Below are positions 43,801 through 54,291 of a stretch of DNA of 64,000 nucleotides, one piece after another. Under the pieces are notes generated by a model, which ran no database searches, was not told where the DNA came from, and saw only the letters and a program-made list of their open reading frames with translations. How positions within the stretch are numbered: the first letter of the stretch is position 1; each line of letters opens with the position of its first letter. The position numbers and the translations under genes were made by a program. Source of the DNA: an uncultured delta proteobacterium (lineage in GTDB: Bacteria; Desulfobacterota; Binatia; UBA9968); assembly GCA_963755715.1 (NCBI GenBank), contig CAVWLW010000063.1:38914-102913 (forward strand). The letters are read 5' to 3'.

Positions 43801-43818
43801 AAACGCCGCCGGCGATAG
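37870..43818 (+). CDS. Very large multidomain protein: two alpha/beta-hydrolase (lipase/LCAT-like) domains, CHAT caspase-like protease and helical repeat C-terminus; many frameshifts
   Basis: FIHGT/THSRGG/DNDLVV/HFHYF; LPGIMGS/PYDWR/AHSMGG/LGTPNQG/GDGTV; LPWEL, VIGNP, HIAAHG, FLNCCH, AGWAVDD, TWGAYQAYGDP; fragments abut with no intergenic gaps. Confidence 0.75.
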
Positions 43819-43897
43819 ATTGTTTTCTGTTGATACAGGAAACCATGTACTAGTTCCTGTCTCAGAAGTTTTCGCATAATCCACGTCATACCGTCCG

Positions 43898-43986
43898 AAA
43901 ATCTCCCCCTTCCCTCTTTTCCAAAGAGGGGTTAGAATTCCACGGAAAAAAATCCCCCTTTGAAAAAGGGGGACAAAGGGGGATTT
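43898..43986. repeat. CCCCCTTT/AAAGGGGG-type palindromic repeat
   Basis: CCCTCTTTTCCAAAGAGGG and CCCCCTTTGAAAAAGGGGG hairpins; same family as 13870. Confidence 0.75.
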
Positions 43987-44178
43987 GAATTCGACTTTGC
44001 CTGCATCGCTATGACTTTCTAAATGAACTTCCGTAAAACAAATTGCCGTCTGGACCCTCACCATTCCCTCTGCCAGGGGGCGAGGGTTTGGGGATGCGTT
44101 TGGTCGATTAAATACTCTTGTGTTGATGACAACACTGCTTTATCTTCGCCCATCATCAACGCATATACAGGCAGTAAG

Positions 44179-44898
44179 ATGGCCGGCAAGACTCGACAGA
44201 TCATTCCCATCGGCGGCGGCGGATTTTATCGCGACCCGGAAAATCTCGAGCTGGAAAAATACGTGATTCGCCAAAGCGGCGCGGAGAATGCGCGGGTTGC
44301 CTTCGTGCCGACCGCGAGCGGCGAGCCCGATCACTACGTTGCGAGTTTTTATGCGGCGTTTCTAAAGCTCGGCTGCCGCCCGTCGGTGCTGACGTTTTTC
44401 AAGCGCACGCCGGAGCTGCGCTCGTTTCTGCTCGATCAGGACGTGATCTACGTCGGCGGCGGCAACACCAAAAGTTTGCTCGCTCTGTGGCGCGATTGGG
44501 GCGTGGTCGAAATTCTCCGCGAGGCGTGGCAGTCGGGCATTGTTCTAACCGGCGTGAGCGCCGGGGCGATTTGCTGGTTCGAGCAGGGATTGACCGATTC
44601 TTTTTCCGACGGGCTCCGGCCGCTGGATTGCCTGGGCTTTTTGCCGGGAAGCTGCTGCCCGCATTACGACGGCGAAGCCCAGCGCCGGCCCTCTTATCAT
44701 CGGCTCTTGACGGCGGGAGAGATCTCAGCCGGTGTCGCCATCGAAGACTGGACCGGCGTGCATTACATCGGCACGGAGATTCATAAAGTCATCACTTCCA
44801 AGCGCGGCTCGCGCGCTTACAGCATGCGCGCAGTATACGGTTCGATCCAGGAAGTGCCGTTGCAGACGGATTATCTGGGATCTTTGGAGGTTAGCTGA
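44179..44898 (+). CDS. pepE: Peptidase E / S51 family
   Basis: FVPTASG, IYVGGGNT, GVSAGA nucleophile, CPHYD. Confidence 0.88.
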   Translation: MAGKTRQIIPIGGGGFYRDPENLELEKYVIRQSGAENARVAFVPTASGEPDHYVASFYAAFLKLGCRPSVLTFFKRTPELRSFLLDQDVIYVGGGNTKSLLALWRDWGVVEILREAWQSGIVLTGVSAGAICWFEQGLTDSFSDGLRPLDCLGFLPGSCCPHYDGEAQRRPSYHRLLTAGEISAGVAIEDWTGVHYIGTEIHKVITSKRGSRAYSMRAVYGSIQEVPLQTDYLGSLEVS

Positions 44899-45007
44899 GA
44901 TCTGCCGAAAAATTTGTCCAAACTGCATCCTATCCGCCGCTATCGCTATATTTTGCTACCGAATCGTGCGCCAAAGTAGCGAACAAGCTAGTCGAGTCCG
45001 GGCGCCT

Positions 45008-45027
45008 TTTTCTCACAGGTGGGAAAA
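45008..45027. promoter_or_regulatory. Palindromic operator/UAS-like site
   Basis: TTTTCTCACAGGTGGGAAAA; near-identical site at 47880. Confidence 0.5.
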
Positions 45028-45154
45028 GCAACTAGGGCCTCTTCCGATGATCGCGAAAATTTGATTGTTGCCGCTCCCAAGCAACTTGGAATTCGCGCCA
45101 TTTTCTCTGGCATAACCGTTGCTTTTCAACCTAAGAAAAGAACGGAGAAAAGCC

Positions 45155-45661
45155 ATGGAAGAATTTGCCGACTTGAACGCGATTCTGAATTTGACGAAAA
45201 CACCGGAGGAAATATCGCCGGTGGAAAGGTTGCTCAACGAGTTTGAAACGCACGAAGCTAGAGAAGCCGACTCCATCGATTACTACAAAAAGACCCTGAG
45301 CCGCATGCCCAACTCGGTTACGCGCTTCTTGATGCAGCTGATCGTTTCGGATGAGGAGAAACATCGCGCGGTCATTCATGCGATGGTTGCGACATTGCAG
45401 GGAAGCCTGACGTGGACAAAACCCCCGGACAGTCTGGAAGGAGCGGGTGACGTCACAGAGATCCGTGGAAAATTAAGCGGGGTTACGGACGAACTCATTC
45501 GTCTTGAAAAATCGGGTATTAGAGATTACAAACTCCTCAGCAAAGAGGGCAGCGGCTATTATCACGGACTGTTCAAGATTCTCCTGGACTCGATGATCCG
45601 GGACTCTGAAAAGCATGTCGAGCTGCTCGAGTTTCTCAAGGAAAATTTAAAAAACGCATGA
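45155..45661 (+). CDS. Ferritin/rubrerythrin-like four-helix protein
   Basis: E..E-Y, DEEKH, LEKSGIRDY, DSEKH. Confidence 0.7.
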   Translation: MEEFADLNAILNLTKTPEEISPVERLLNEFETHEAREADSIDYYKKTLSRMPNSVTRFLMQLIVSDEEKHRAVIHAMVATLQGSLTWTKPPDSLEGAGDVTEIRGKLSGVTDELIRLEKSGIRDYKLLSKEGSGYYHGLFKILLDSMIRDSEKHVELLEFLKENLKNA

Positions 45662-46161
45662 GCCAGCCCGAGCCGTTCGATCCTCTGCTGCGCTTTGCCG
45701 AAATCGAACGCCTAGTTGCGAAAATCTACTACCGATTCTCCCACCTCTTTCTCGATCAGCCGGAACTGCGAGATTTTTGGTGGGAGATGGCGCGTGACGA
45801 AGAGCAGCACGCCGCCATTCTGTTCGCCTGTAAAGCGCTGATCGATAACTACGACGACGAAAGGCTCGATCCGGAAATCAGCCGCGCCAAGGCCGATGAG
45901 CTCAAAGAGAAGCTGCTCAGATATCTCAGCCACGGCACGGCCAAATTACAGATCGAAGACGCTTTTCGCATCGCCGTGCAAATCGAAGGCTCCGAGATCG
46001 ACGCCATCTACAGCAAGTTGCTGCAGCTGGGCGGGCCCCACATCGCGAAAACGATGCAGAATCTGGGTGTGCCGGCAAGCGTTCAAAGGCAGAAAATAAA
46101 GTCCGCGCTGCGCCGCTTCTGCAACGATCCCGCGATTCTCACCGAAGCCGACCGACTCTAG
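45658..46161 (+). CDS. Ferritin/rubrerythrin-like protein
   Basis: IERLVAKIY, MARDEEQH, QIEGSE; second ExxH absent; ATGA overlap. Confidence 0.7.
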   Translation: MSQPEPFDPLLRFAEIERLVAKIYYRFSHLFLDQPELRDFWWEMARDEEQHAAILFACKALIDNYDDERLDPEISRAKADELKEKLLRYLSHGTAKLQIEDAFRIAVQIEGSEIDAIYSKLLQLGGPHIAKTMQNLGVPASVQRQKIKSALRRFCNDPAILTEADRL

Positions 46162-46285
46162 CGATCTACTTGAATTCCGTTCACGCGATGGCCGCGACTC
46201 GATCGACAAGGCTTGTGAGCATGGCGGCCGTGTTGTAAAAACGAGCGGATGCAATCGTAGCCGTGTTCATGGAACGTAAGCGCGC

Positions 46286-47230
46286 GTGGATTACCAATTC
46301 AACAACATCATCGGTAAGAGCAAGGCGATTCGCGACGTTTTGGAGTTGGTCAAGAAAGTCGCTAACACCCAAGCGACTGTGCTGATCACCGGCGACAGCG
46401 GCACCGGCAAGGAACTGATCGCGCTGGCGCTCCATTCTCACAGCGATCGCAAGGACAAGCTGTTCTTGCCGGTCAATTGCGGCGCGTTGCCCGAGACGTT
46501 GCTGGAAAGCTTGCTCTTCGGTCATATTAAAGGCTCTTTCACCGGAGCCTTCGCCAATCAGGAAGGGCTGTTTGAAAAAGCCGGAGGCGGCACGATCTTC
46601 CTCGACGAGATCGGCGAGATTCCGCAGCACCTTCAAGTCAAACTGCTCCGAGCCTTAGAGGCAAAGGAGATCCTGTCCATCGGCAGCACGACACCGCGCC
46701 GCATCGACGTCCGCGTGCTCGCGGCGACCAATCGAAATCTCGCGAAAGAGGTCGAGGCGGGACGCTTTCGTGAGGATCTGTACTACCGCCTCAACGTCAT
46801 GGAAATTCATATTCCGCCCTTGAAGGAGCGGCCGGAAGACATTCCGCTCTTGGTCGATCATTTTATCCAGCGTCATAACCCGGAGCTGAAAAAGTCTTTT
46901 CAGGGCATCGAGGAAGACGCAGTTCGAGTCTTGATATCGCTGCCGTGGAAAGGCAACGTGCGCGAGCTCGACAACGTGATTGAGCACACCATGATCCTCG
47001 CCGAAAGCGAGCGCATCATGCTGAAGGACCTTCCCGCAGCGATCGTCGCCAGCAGCCAACAGAATCCCGCGTTTACCTTCAATCTTAAAGACGCGCTGCG
47101 ACAATTTGAGAAGCAGCATATTTTGCGCGCCCTCGAGCAGGCAGGGCAGGACCGCAAAGAGGCCGCCAAGCTTTTAGACATCAGCTTGTCCTCGCTCTAT
47201 CGCAAGATCGAAGAATTAGAGCTCGCCTAG
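46286..47230 (+). CDS. Sigma54-dependent activator (AAA+ and Fis HTH) lacking an N-terminal sensor domain
   Basis: [44 protein letters not shown]-terminal HTH. Confidence 0.92.
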   Translation: MDYQFNNIIGKSKAIRDVLELVKKVANTQATVLITGDSGTGKELIALALHSHSDRKDKLFLPVNCGALPETLLESLLFGHIKGSFTGAFANQEGLFEKAGGGTIFLDEIGEIPQHLQVKLLRALEAKEILSIGSTTPRRIDVRVLAATNRNLAKEVEAGRFREDLYYRLNVMEIHIPPLKERPEDIPLLVDHFIQRHNPELKKSFQGIEEDAVRVLISLPWKGNVRELDNVIEHTMILAESERIMLKDLPAAIVASSQQNPAFTFNLKDALRQFEKQHILRALEQAGQDRKEAAKLLDISLSSLYRKIEELELA

Positions 47231-47368
47231 CCTTCCCCATTTGATTCGATCCGACCGGACCGACTCCGAAAGATTTCTGCGGTCGCGGCTGATATGAGAA
47301 TGCCGACTTGCCACTCTGACAAAGACAACTTATCTACGCAGGGATGAAACTCTACCGAGTCGAAGGAC

Positions 47369-47704
47369 TTAGCCGGTTCCGAGCCTCTCGCGGTCTTGTT
47401 GACAGTCGAAACAAAGCTCGGTCTCGGGGCAAAACCGCATACGTTCGGCTTCGATAGGCTCGTGACAAGCGAGGCACAGGCCGTAGCGTCCTTGATCGTC
47501 CCACCTGAGCGCATCGTCGATCCGAGCTGTTTCCTCTCGGTACCAGTCGGTCAAATAGTCGAGCAGATCGATTCTTGATTCGTAGGCAGCTCCGGCCCGC
47601 TCGCGGTTAGATTCGACCGTTCGTCTTTCATTCTCAACATGGCGGAGAGTCTTTTCGACTTCGGTTCTGCGACCGCGCAGGCGGTCAAAATAGGTTTTGT
47701 CCAT
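47369..47704 (-). CDS. TraR/DksA C4 zinc-finger protein
   Basis: Coiled coil then YGLCLACHEPIEAER..PETELCFDCQ. Confidence 0.85.
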   Translation of the reverse strand: MDKTYFDRLRGRRTEVEKTLRHVENERRTVESNRERAGAAYESRIDLLDYLTDWYREETARIDDALRWDDQGRYGLCLACHEPIEAERMRFCPETELCFDCQQDRERLGTG

Positions 47705-47766
47705 GACCGATCCTTATTATCGTTCCGGCATTTTGGGTACTACCGGCATTCAATGAATTAATGGGA

Positions 47767-47781
47767 GCAAGAACAAGACCA
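47767..47781 (-). promoter_or_regulatory. Putative sigma54 promoter for the DksA-like gene
   Basis: Minus strand TGGTCTTGTTCTTGC (GG-N10-GC), ~60 bp upstream of the start. Confidence 0.5.
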
Positions 47782-47879
47782 CTGCCGTTTCCCAAACTGC
47801 GCGAATCTTAACGCCTCCTCTGGGCCCCGCTATAAAGTGAGGATCATTCGATATCGGCGCAGCGAGCCGCACGGTTTTC

Positions 47880-47897
47880 TTTTCACCGGTGGGAAAA
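47880..47897. promoter_or_regulatory. Palindromic UAS-like site
   Basis: TTTTCACCGGTGGGAAAA, between two divergent sigma54 motifs. Confidence 0.5.
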
Positions 47898-48144
47898 AAT
47901 CAATGCAAAATCATCAGCACTGCGAAACTTTGGGCATTGCGCAGATTCGTTCGCTGCATCCGTTGTGGCGGACTTGAACAGACCAAGGAGTCTGTCATTC
48001 GCAAACGCAGCCGGCGCGGCTAGACGTGGGGTTCGAACAATCCGCTAACATCGAATTTCAAACCCAATCGTGAGAATAAAACTACGGATTTTCCTACAAG
48101 CGAGAAAGGAAGGGCGAAATTAGTATTGTTTCCGTGAAACCGGT

Positions 48145-48159
48145 TGGCACTTCTATTGC
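48145..48159 (+). promoter_or_regulatory. Sigma54 -24/-12 promoter
   Basis: TGGCACTTCTATTGC, consensus TGGCAC-N5-TTGC, 60 bp upstream of 48219. Confidence 0.8.
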
Positions 48160-48218
48160 GGTTTAGTCAATCGACAAGGTTCTCTGGAAACAAATGAAAT
48201 ACGCAAGGGAGGCGAGGA

Positions 48219-48935
48219 ATGTTTACCGATAAGATCGAGCTCAAGGATTTTGACAAGATGGACCCCGAATATAAGGAGCTTCTCGGACGGGTCCTGACGA
48301 TTCAGGCCGACTGCGAAATCGGCGGACCCCATCTTTACATAGAGAAGATGCTGCCGGCTGCGCCGACAAAGCTGGATCAACTCATCGTCGCACGCACCGC
48401 CGCGGAGGAGATCGACCATTTTCGCAAAGTGGCGCGCTTGGCCGGCGATATGGGTACTGACGTTACCTTCGTGCTGAGCCAACCCAATGAAAAGCGTTTC
48501 GTCGATGCGTTTCGCGGTCTGATCACGACCTGGGAGGACAATGCCGTCTTCGGTTTCTTGATCGATCGAATCGGCCGATACCAGTTGGAAGAATTTTACG
48601 ACTGCAGTTATCTGCCATTGCAGCGCATTCTGCCGGACATCGTGACCGAGGAGCTCGGCCATATCGAATATGGCTATAACAAAACGCTGGAGCTGTTGTC
48701 GAAAGGCGACCAGCAAAGGGAGCGGGTGCAGAAGGCGATCGATTATTGGTACGTGCGAGCGCTGGATATGTTCGGTCGAAGCGGTTCAACACGCGCCGAG
48801 CGTTATCGCTACTGGGGTCTCAAACGACGCTCCAACGAGCAAGCGCGCGAGGACTACATCAAAGAGGTCAATCCGATTCTGGAAAGCATGGGGCTCAAAA
48901 TTCCCGACCCGCTCAAAGGTCGTCGCTACATCTAA
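48219..48935 (+). CDS. PaaA/BoxB-like ferritin-fold diiron protein
   Basis: QADCE, APT, EEIDH, LIDRIG, EELGH, QKAIDYW, LDMFG, WGLK.RSNEQ.R. Confidence 0.8.
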   Translation: MFTDKIELKDFDKMDPEYKELLGRVLTIQADCEIGGPHLYIEKMLPAAPTKLDQLIVARTAAEEIDHFRKVARLAGDMGTDVTFVLSQPNEKRFVDAFRGLITTWEDNAVFGFLIDRIGRYQLEEFYDCSYLPLQRILPDIVTEELGHIEYGYNKTLELLSKGDQQRERVQKAIDYWYVRALDMFGRSGSTRAERYRYWGLKRRSNEQAREDYIKEVNPILESMGLKIPDPLKGRRYI

Positions 48936-48951
48936 CTGGCACGGAGGTCAT

Positions 48952-49143
48952 ATGCCGCAAGCAGCACCCAATACTGAAAAACTCGATGAGCATCTGCAGG
49001 AGGTGGTACGCGCCCTGCGCGGTGCGGTTAAACAGGGCGTATCGCACTCGAACGACGCGAAGACCGTCGATAACGCGATCGAGGACTGTAAAGAGATCCT
49101 CGATGTCATCATGGCGGGAAACGTGGCGGAGTGGTTGAACTGA
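48952..49143 (+). CDS. Small hypothetical helical protein (63 aa)
   Basis: GGAGG RBS, starts 17 bp after the PaaA-like stop. Confidence 0.6.
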   Translation: MPQAAPNTEKLDEHLQEVVRALRGAVKQGVSHSNDAKTVDNAIEDCKEILDVIMAGNVAEWLN

Positions 49144-49440
49144 GTCCGTAAGATAACGAACAGTAGCCGGGATTATTTGCGGCGGAGCACGACGGTGACA
49201 TCATCGGCTTTTATGGGTCATGTGATGAGGACCCTCTTGGGAAGGAGCAAGTCTAAGAGCAGAAACTGAGCTCTGCCAAACGGTGAATGAGGGCGGGTGT
49301 TCCCTCCTCAATACCGCAAGACAAACATTGATAGCGGCTGCATTCTTGTGTCACAGAATTGTCCCGCCGACACACTTGGATTACCGCCGCGGGTTGTGCT
49401 TGGGCAAGAACGTTCAGAATCTGGAAAAACAGGACGAGCT

Positions 49441-49833
49441 ATGCGAGATGTCAGTTCCAACACTCCGGTAGTCTCCATTGTGGACGATGACGAGTCGGTC
49501 CGCGAGGCTCTCAAGGGTTTCATACATTCCATCGGCTTCAGAGCCGAGATCTTTCCGTCGGCCGAGGATTTCCTGGCTTCGAATAATCTCGACAAGACGA
49601 GTTGCATAATCGTTGATGTTCATATGCCGGTCATGACTGGATTGGAGCTTCAGTGCCGATTAGACAGCAGCCGTTTTCGAATTCCGATGATCTTCGTCAC
49701 CGCCCACGACGATCCGGCAGTGCGAGTTCAGGCTCTGAAAGGCGGAGCCGTAGACTTCCTGAGCAAACCGTTCAACGCGGATGTTCTGTTAAGCGCTATT
49801 CACGCGGCTCTCGATCGAAAGGAAGACGCCTAA
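49441..49833 (+). CDS. Single-domain response regulator receiver (FixJ-like)
   Basis: IVDDD, IVDVHMP, FVTAH, FLSKPF. Confidence 0.9.
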   Translation: MRDVSSNTPVVSIVDDDESVREALKGFIHSIGFRAEIFPSAEDFLASNNLDKTSCIIVDVHMPVMTGLELQCRLDSSRFRIPMIFVTAHDDPAVRVQALKGGAVDFLSKPFNADVLLSAIHAALDRKEDA

Positions 49834-50471
49834 CCGGCGGCTTATTTGTCCTTCAATTGGCAGACAAATCCGAATCGAAGATTTTTCGTCCCGGCCTCGT
49901 ACCGGAATCTAGACACAAGACGATATATCGAACTGAGCTTTCATCACGAGTCAAATAAATTGTGCCGCGTCTTATCCTAGAATCTTTTATCTCCGTCAGT
50001 CGCACTCGTTCATAGAATCGTTAAGGACGCTGGCATCATTGCGTTACCTCCTTCAAATCTAAAACCAGGCTGTGATCTTCTCCCTCTAATGAGCCTCTCA
50101 TAGCGGTTTTGCCGAGAAACTACTCGCGATCACGAGTTCCGCGTTGCGTTTTTCTGGGTCATGCCGCGACTAAATTATCGGTGCTGATTAAAATTCCGTT
50201 CGGCTACCCCGCCGACTGGTAGAATGACATAGTGGAGGTAGCCTTATTCGGACCCGTGCGACTCGTCAGGATTTTTCCTTCACCCGCATTTACGATCCAG
50301 CCATTCATTCCTGACCAGATCATTTGCGCAGGCCGCGCAAATTTTGAACGATATCCGCAGGGTAATAATTTCAACCATATCGGCTGGCATGCTGAGTTGC
50401 GCAAATTAGGACAGGGTGTAGGTTAAGTATACGAGAGATCAACTACGGACGCAGAAGACCAGGAGGGGCCT

Positions 50472-51378
50472 ATGTATACAAAGATACTGATACCCCTAGA
50501 CGGTTCGAAGACGGCGGAAAAAGTTCTGCCCTACGCTCGCTATCTGGCGGGCAAGCTGAAGCTCCCCATCGAGCTGTTGGCCGTGATCGACATGGCCGAG
50601 ATGGCAAGCTCATATACCGGCCGAAAAGGCCCGCTTCTTCGATTCGATGATCGAAGAGGGCGTGAAGAAGAGCGCGAGTTATTTGCGCGGAGTCGCCGGC
50701 ACGTTCGGCGACGCCAATGTGAAATGCACGGTCGAAAAAGGCCGAGCAGACGAGGTGATCGTCGAGAAGGGCGAGACGGACACCGGCATGCTGATCTGCA
50801 TGGCGACCCATGGTCGCTCCGGACTCGACCGCTTCCTGTTGGGTAGCGTGACGGAAAAAGTCTTGCGGGCCGCGGCGAATCCATTGCTGTTAGTTCGGGC
50901 GACGGAGGAAGCAAAGTCGGACGGGACCGCGGTGCTAAAGTCGATCGTCGTACCTTTGGATGGATCGGAGTTGGCTGAGAGCATCATCCCGACGGTAGCC
51001 GAAAAGGCGAAGGAATTGGGGTTGGAAGTGGTATTGTTCCGCGCCTATCACCTCCCCACCTCCGCTTATGCGAGTGACGAGATGTACTCTGCGGTCGACT
51101 ACGACGAACTGATCGCCGGCGTGCGCGACGAGGCCACCCAATATCTTGAAAAAAAGGCGGCCGAGGTGAAGAAGCTCGGCGTCGAGAAGGTGTCCGTTGT
51201 ATCCAAAGAAGGTTTCGCCGCCGACGAGATCATCGCCTTGGCTCGTAAGAACCCGGACACATTGATCGCCATGTGTTCCCACGGCCGCACCGGCGTGAAA
51301 CGCTGGATGCTCGGCAGCGTAACGGAGGCCGTGGTGCGCCACTCCGGCGATCCGGTATTAGTGATGCGGGCGAAGTGA
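50472..51378 (+). CDS. Tandem-domain universal stress protein (frameshift ~50610)
   Basis: ILIPLDGS and IVVPLDGS; MATHGRSG..LGSVTE and MCSHGRTG..LGSVTE. Confidence 0.9.
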
Positions 51379-51435
51379 CCCAACGACGATTACGTGTGAG
51401 CGAGAGAGGCTCAGGAAGATTCGAAGGAGGATCCG

Positions 51436-51909
51436 ATGCGCAAAACAATAACCCAACCCGTCTCCAAAGATACTTCGCGTTCGAGTGAAAGTTGGTTGGA
51501 CCTCGATCACCTGGCACAAGTCGAGGTTACCTCCGAAGAGGCAGCGAACCCGGTCGAGTCGGCGCTGATTCCAGGCCCTGGCTCAGGCTGGCGGGCCGAG
51601 CAACCCGGTGAGCAGAGTATCCAGCTTATTTTTGACCAGCCTTTGAGCCTCGGGCGTATCCATCTGCGGTTCGACGAACGCGAACGAGCGCGCACGCAGC
51701 AATTCGTATTGCGCTGGTTGCCGAGCGGCGAGGAGCATTCCCGAGAAATAGTGCGCCAGCAGTACACGTTCAGTCCGCCTGATACGATCGAGGAGATTGA
51801 GGACTACCGCGTCGATCTGAAGAACGTCGCCGGGATCGAATTAAAAATCGTTCCGGACATAAGCGGCGGCACCGCGCGCGCCTCGCTGGCGCAATTAAGT
51901 CTGGCGTAA
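51436..51909 (+). CDS. Hypothetical galactose-binding/discoidin-like fold protein
   Basis: VTSE..PVESAL..GWRA..PGEQSIQLIFD beta-sandwich pattern; AGGAGG RBS. Confidence 0.6.
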   Translation: MRKTITQPVSKDTSRSSESWLDLDHLAQVEVTSEEAANPVESALIPGPGSGWRAEQPGEQSIQLIFDQPLSLGRIHLRFDERERARTQQFVLRWLPSGEEHSREIVRQQYTFSPPDTIEEIEDYRVDLKNVAGIELKIVPDISGGTARASLAQLSLA

Positions 51910-52037
51910 ACCGGTTCCCGGCGGCGGATCGAACGTGATTCTGGCAACGCGTTCAGCGTTACCGGGTTGGCGCTTCGACTACGTATCCGTCAAAGTGTTC
52001 GTGTCCTGCGCAAATTTCGGCGGCTAGACTAATGGAT

Positions 52038-52153
52038 CAACCAAGAAGAAAACTCACCGCGGAGGCACAGAGGACGCCGAGAATGAGAGTAAAAAATCCT
52101 CTGTGATCTCTGCGCCTCTGTGGTGAATTATCCTTACAAAACGTTGTTGGTTG
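52038..52153. repeat. Nested inverted repeat with 9-bp-period CAC(A/G)GAG units
   Basis: TCACCGCGGAGGCACAGAG ... CTCTGCGCCTCTGTGGTGA with outer CAACCAA/TTGGTTG; same architecture as 29938. Confidence 0.75.
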
Positions 52154-52192
52154 CAGCTCGGCCGCACTGGGGGCCCTCGCAGTCCCGGCGGC

Positions 52193-52459
52193 TTATTCGA
52201 TATCGGCGACTTTCCTGACCCCGTCGCCCCAGTCTTCGATTTTGAAGTCTTTGAACGGCACCGCGATCGGTTCCTTCTCCTCGATCGTGATCATGCGGTT
52301 CTTGTATTCCAGTAGGAAAGATATTTTTAGCAATAACGAGTCGTCCTGAACTTCGAGAAGCTCGACCTTTTGCTCCAGGTAGGAGTATTGCTTCTCGCGG
52401 AATATTTCTTTCACCCGCTCACGGGTAAGCGTCTCGTTTGGTCCTGAAAGGTCGCTCAT
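52193..52459 (-). CDS. Hypothetical protein
   Basis: GGAGG RBS before MSDLSG; plausible acidic alpha/beta protein. Confidence 0.55.
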   Translation of the reverse strand: MSDLSGPNETLTRERVKEIFREKQYSYLEQKVELLEVQDDSLLLKISFLLEYKNRMITIEEKEPIAVPFKDFKIEDWGDGVRKVADIE

Positions 52460-52729
52460 ATTTTCCTCCCCTTTTTTGGCCGCCGGCGTATCTCTCAAGC
52501 CTCACGCCTCTTTTTATCTTCCATCCTTTTTGACCTTATCCTTTCATAACGCTCTTGTCACAAAGCCGCAAAATCCAGTAGACTGCGACGAAATTTCGGC
52601 AAGTTAGACCGACGTCAACGGAGAGTGCCGCCCGCCTGCCCGAGATTGTTTCGACGAGCTCTCATTCCAGCGTCTTTTAAAGGCAATAAATCTTTGCATT
52701 GTGATTAGGAAGAACAACTAAAAACATTC

Positions 52730-54291
52730 ATGCTCACCAACGAAATTCGTAACCAAATCGACCAGATCTGGAACGCCTTCTGGTCCGGCGGCATCTCCAA
52801 TCCGCTGGAGGTCATCGAGCAGATCACTTACCTGCTGTTCCTCAAGCGGCTCGACGACCTGCACACGCTCGAGGAGAACAAAGCCGACTCGGCTGAAGAA
52901 GCCGATCGAGCGGCGCGTCTTTCCCGAGGGCGACGATGACCACGAAGGGCCGCGCCCTACGAGGATCTCCGCTGGTCGCGCTTCAAGCACTTCGCGCCCG
53001 CCGAGATGTACGACGGTGGTCGGCGAGCACGTCTTCCCGTTCCTGCGCACGCTGGGCGGCGACGACTCCACCTACGCGCACCACATGAAGGACGCGCGCT
53101 TCACCATCCCCACGCCGGCGCTGCTGGCCAAGGTCGTGGACATGCTCGACCAGGTGCCGATGGAGGACCGCGACACCAAGGGCGACCTCTACGAGTACAT
53201 GCTCGGCAAGATCGCCACGCGCCGGGCAGAACGGCCAGTTCCGCACGCCGCGCCACATCATCCGGCTGATGGTCGAGATGACCGCGCCGACAGCCGACCG
53301 ACGTGATCTGCGATCCGGCCTGCGGCACGGCGGGTTTCCTCGTCGCGGCGGGCGAGTACCTGCGCGAGCACCACCCGGAGATTCTGCGCGACGCGAAGCT
53401 GCGCGAGCACTTCCACCACGAGCTGTTCCACGGCTTCGACTTCGACAACACCATGCTGCGCATCGGCAGCATGAACATGCTGCTGCACGGCGTGGAGAAC
53501 CCCGACATCCGCTACCGCGACTCGCTCGCGCAGGACCACGCGGGCGAGGAGGAGAAATACACGCTGGTCCTGGCCAATCCGCCGTTCGCCGGCATCCTCG
53601 ACTACGAGAACACCGCCAAGGACCTCCAGCAGATCGTCAAGACGAAGAAGACCGAGCTGCTCTTCCTCGCGCTCTTCCTGCGCCTGCTCAAGCCCGGCGG
53701 ACGCGCCGCCGTCATCGTGCCCGACGGCGTGCTCTTCGGCTCGTCCAACGCGCACAAGGACGCTGCGCAGGATTCTCGTCGAGGACCAGAAGCTCGACGC
53801 CGTCATCTCGCTGCCCGGCGGCGTGTTCAAGCCCTACGCCGGCGTCTCCACCGCCATCCTGCTCTTCACCAAGACCAACTCCGGCGGCACGGACCACGTC
53901 TGGTTCTACGACGTGGACGCCGACGGCATGTCGCTCGACGACAAACGCACGCGACTGTTGCCGGAGGAAAAGCTCGGCCCAGTGCCGCAAGATCGCGCTC
54001 ACCGCCGACGAACACGCGAAGAACAATCTGCCCGACGTGCTCGCGCGCTGGCGCAGACGCAGACGGGAAGCGCGAGCGAACGCAAGAACGCGCCCGCGCA
54101 CCGCGCAGAGCTTCTGCGTGCCCAAGGCCGACATCGCCGCGCAGGGCTACGACCTCTCGCTCAACCGCTACAAGGAAGTCGTCCACGAAGAAGTCGCGCA
54201 CCGCCCGCCGGGCGAAATCCTCGCCAACCTCGGCAAACTGGAGGCGGAGATTCAGCAGGGCATGAAGGAACTGGAGGGGATGCTGAAGTGA
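52730..54291 (+). CDS. hsdM: Type I RM methyltransferase subunit, multiple frameshifts
   Basis: [71 protein letters not shown]. Confidence 0.92.

Noticed and set aside
50385-50400. Sigma54 promoter upstream of usp (TGGCATGCTGAGTTGC)
   Set aside because: GG-to-GC spacing is 11, not 10. It could be an indel error but is not supportable as given.
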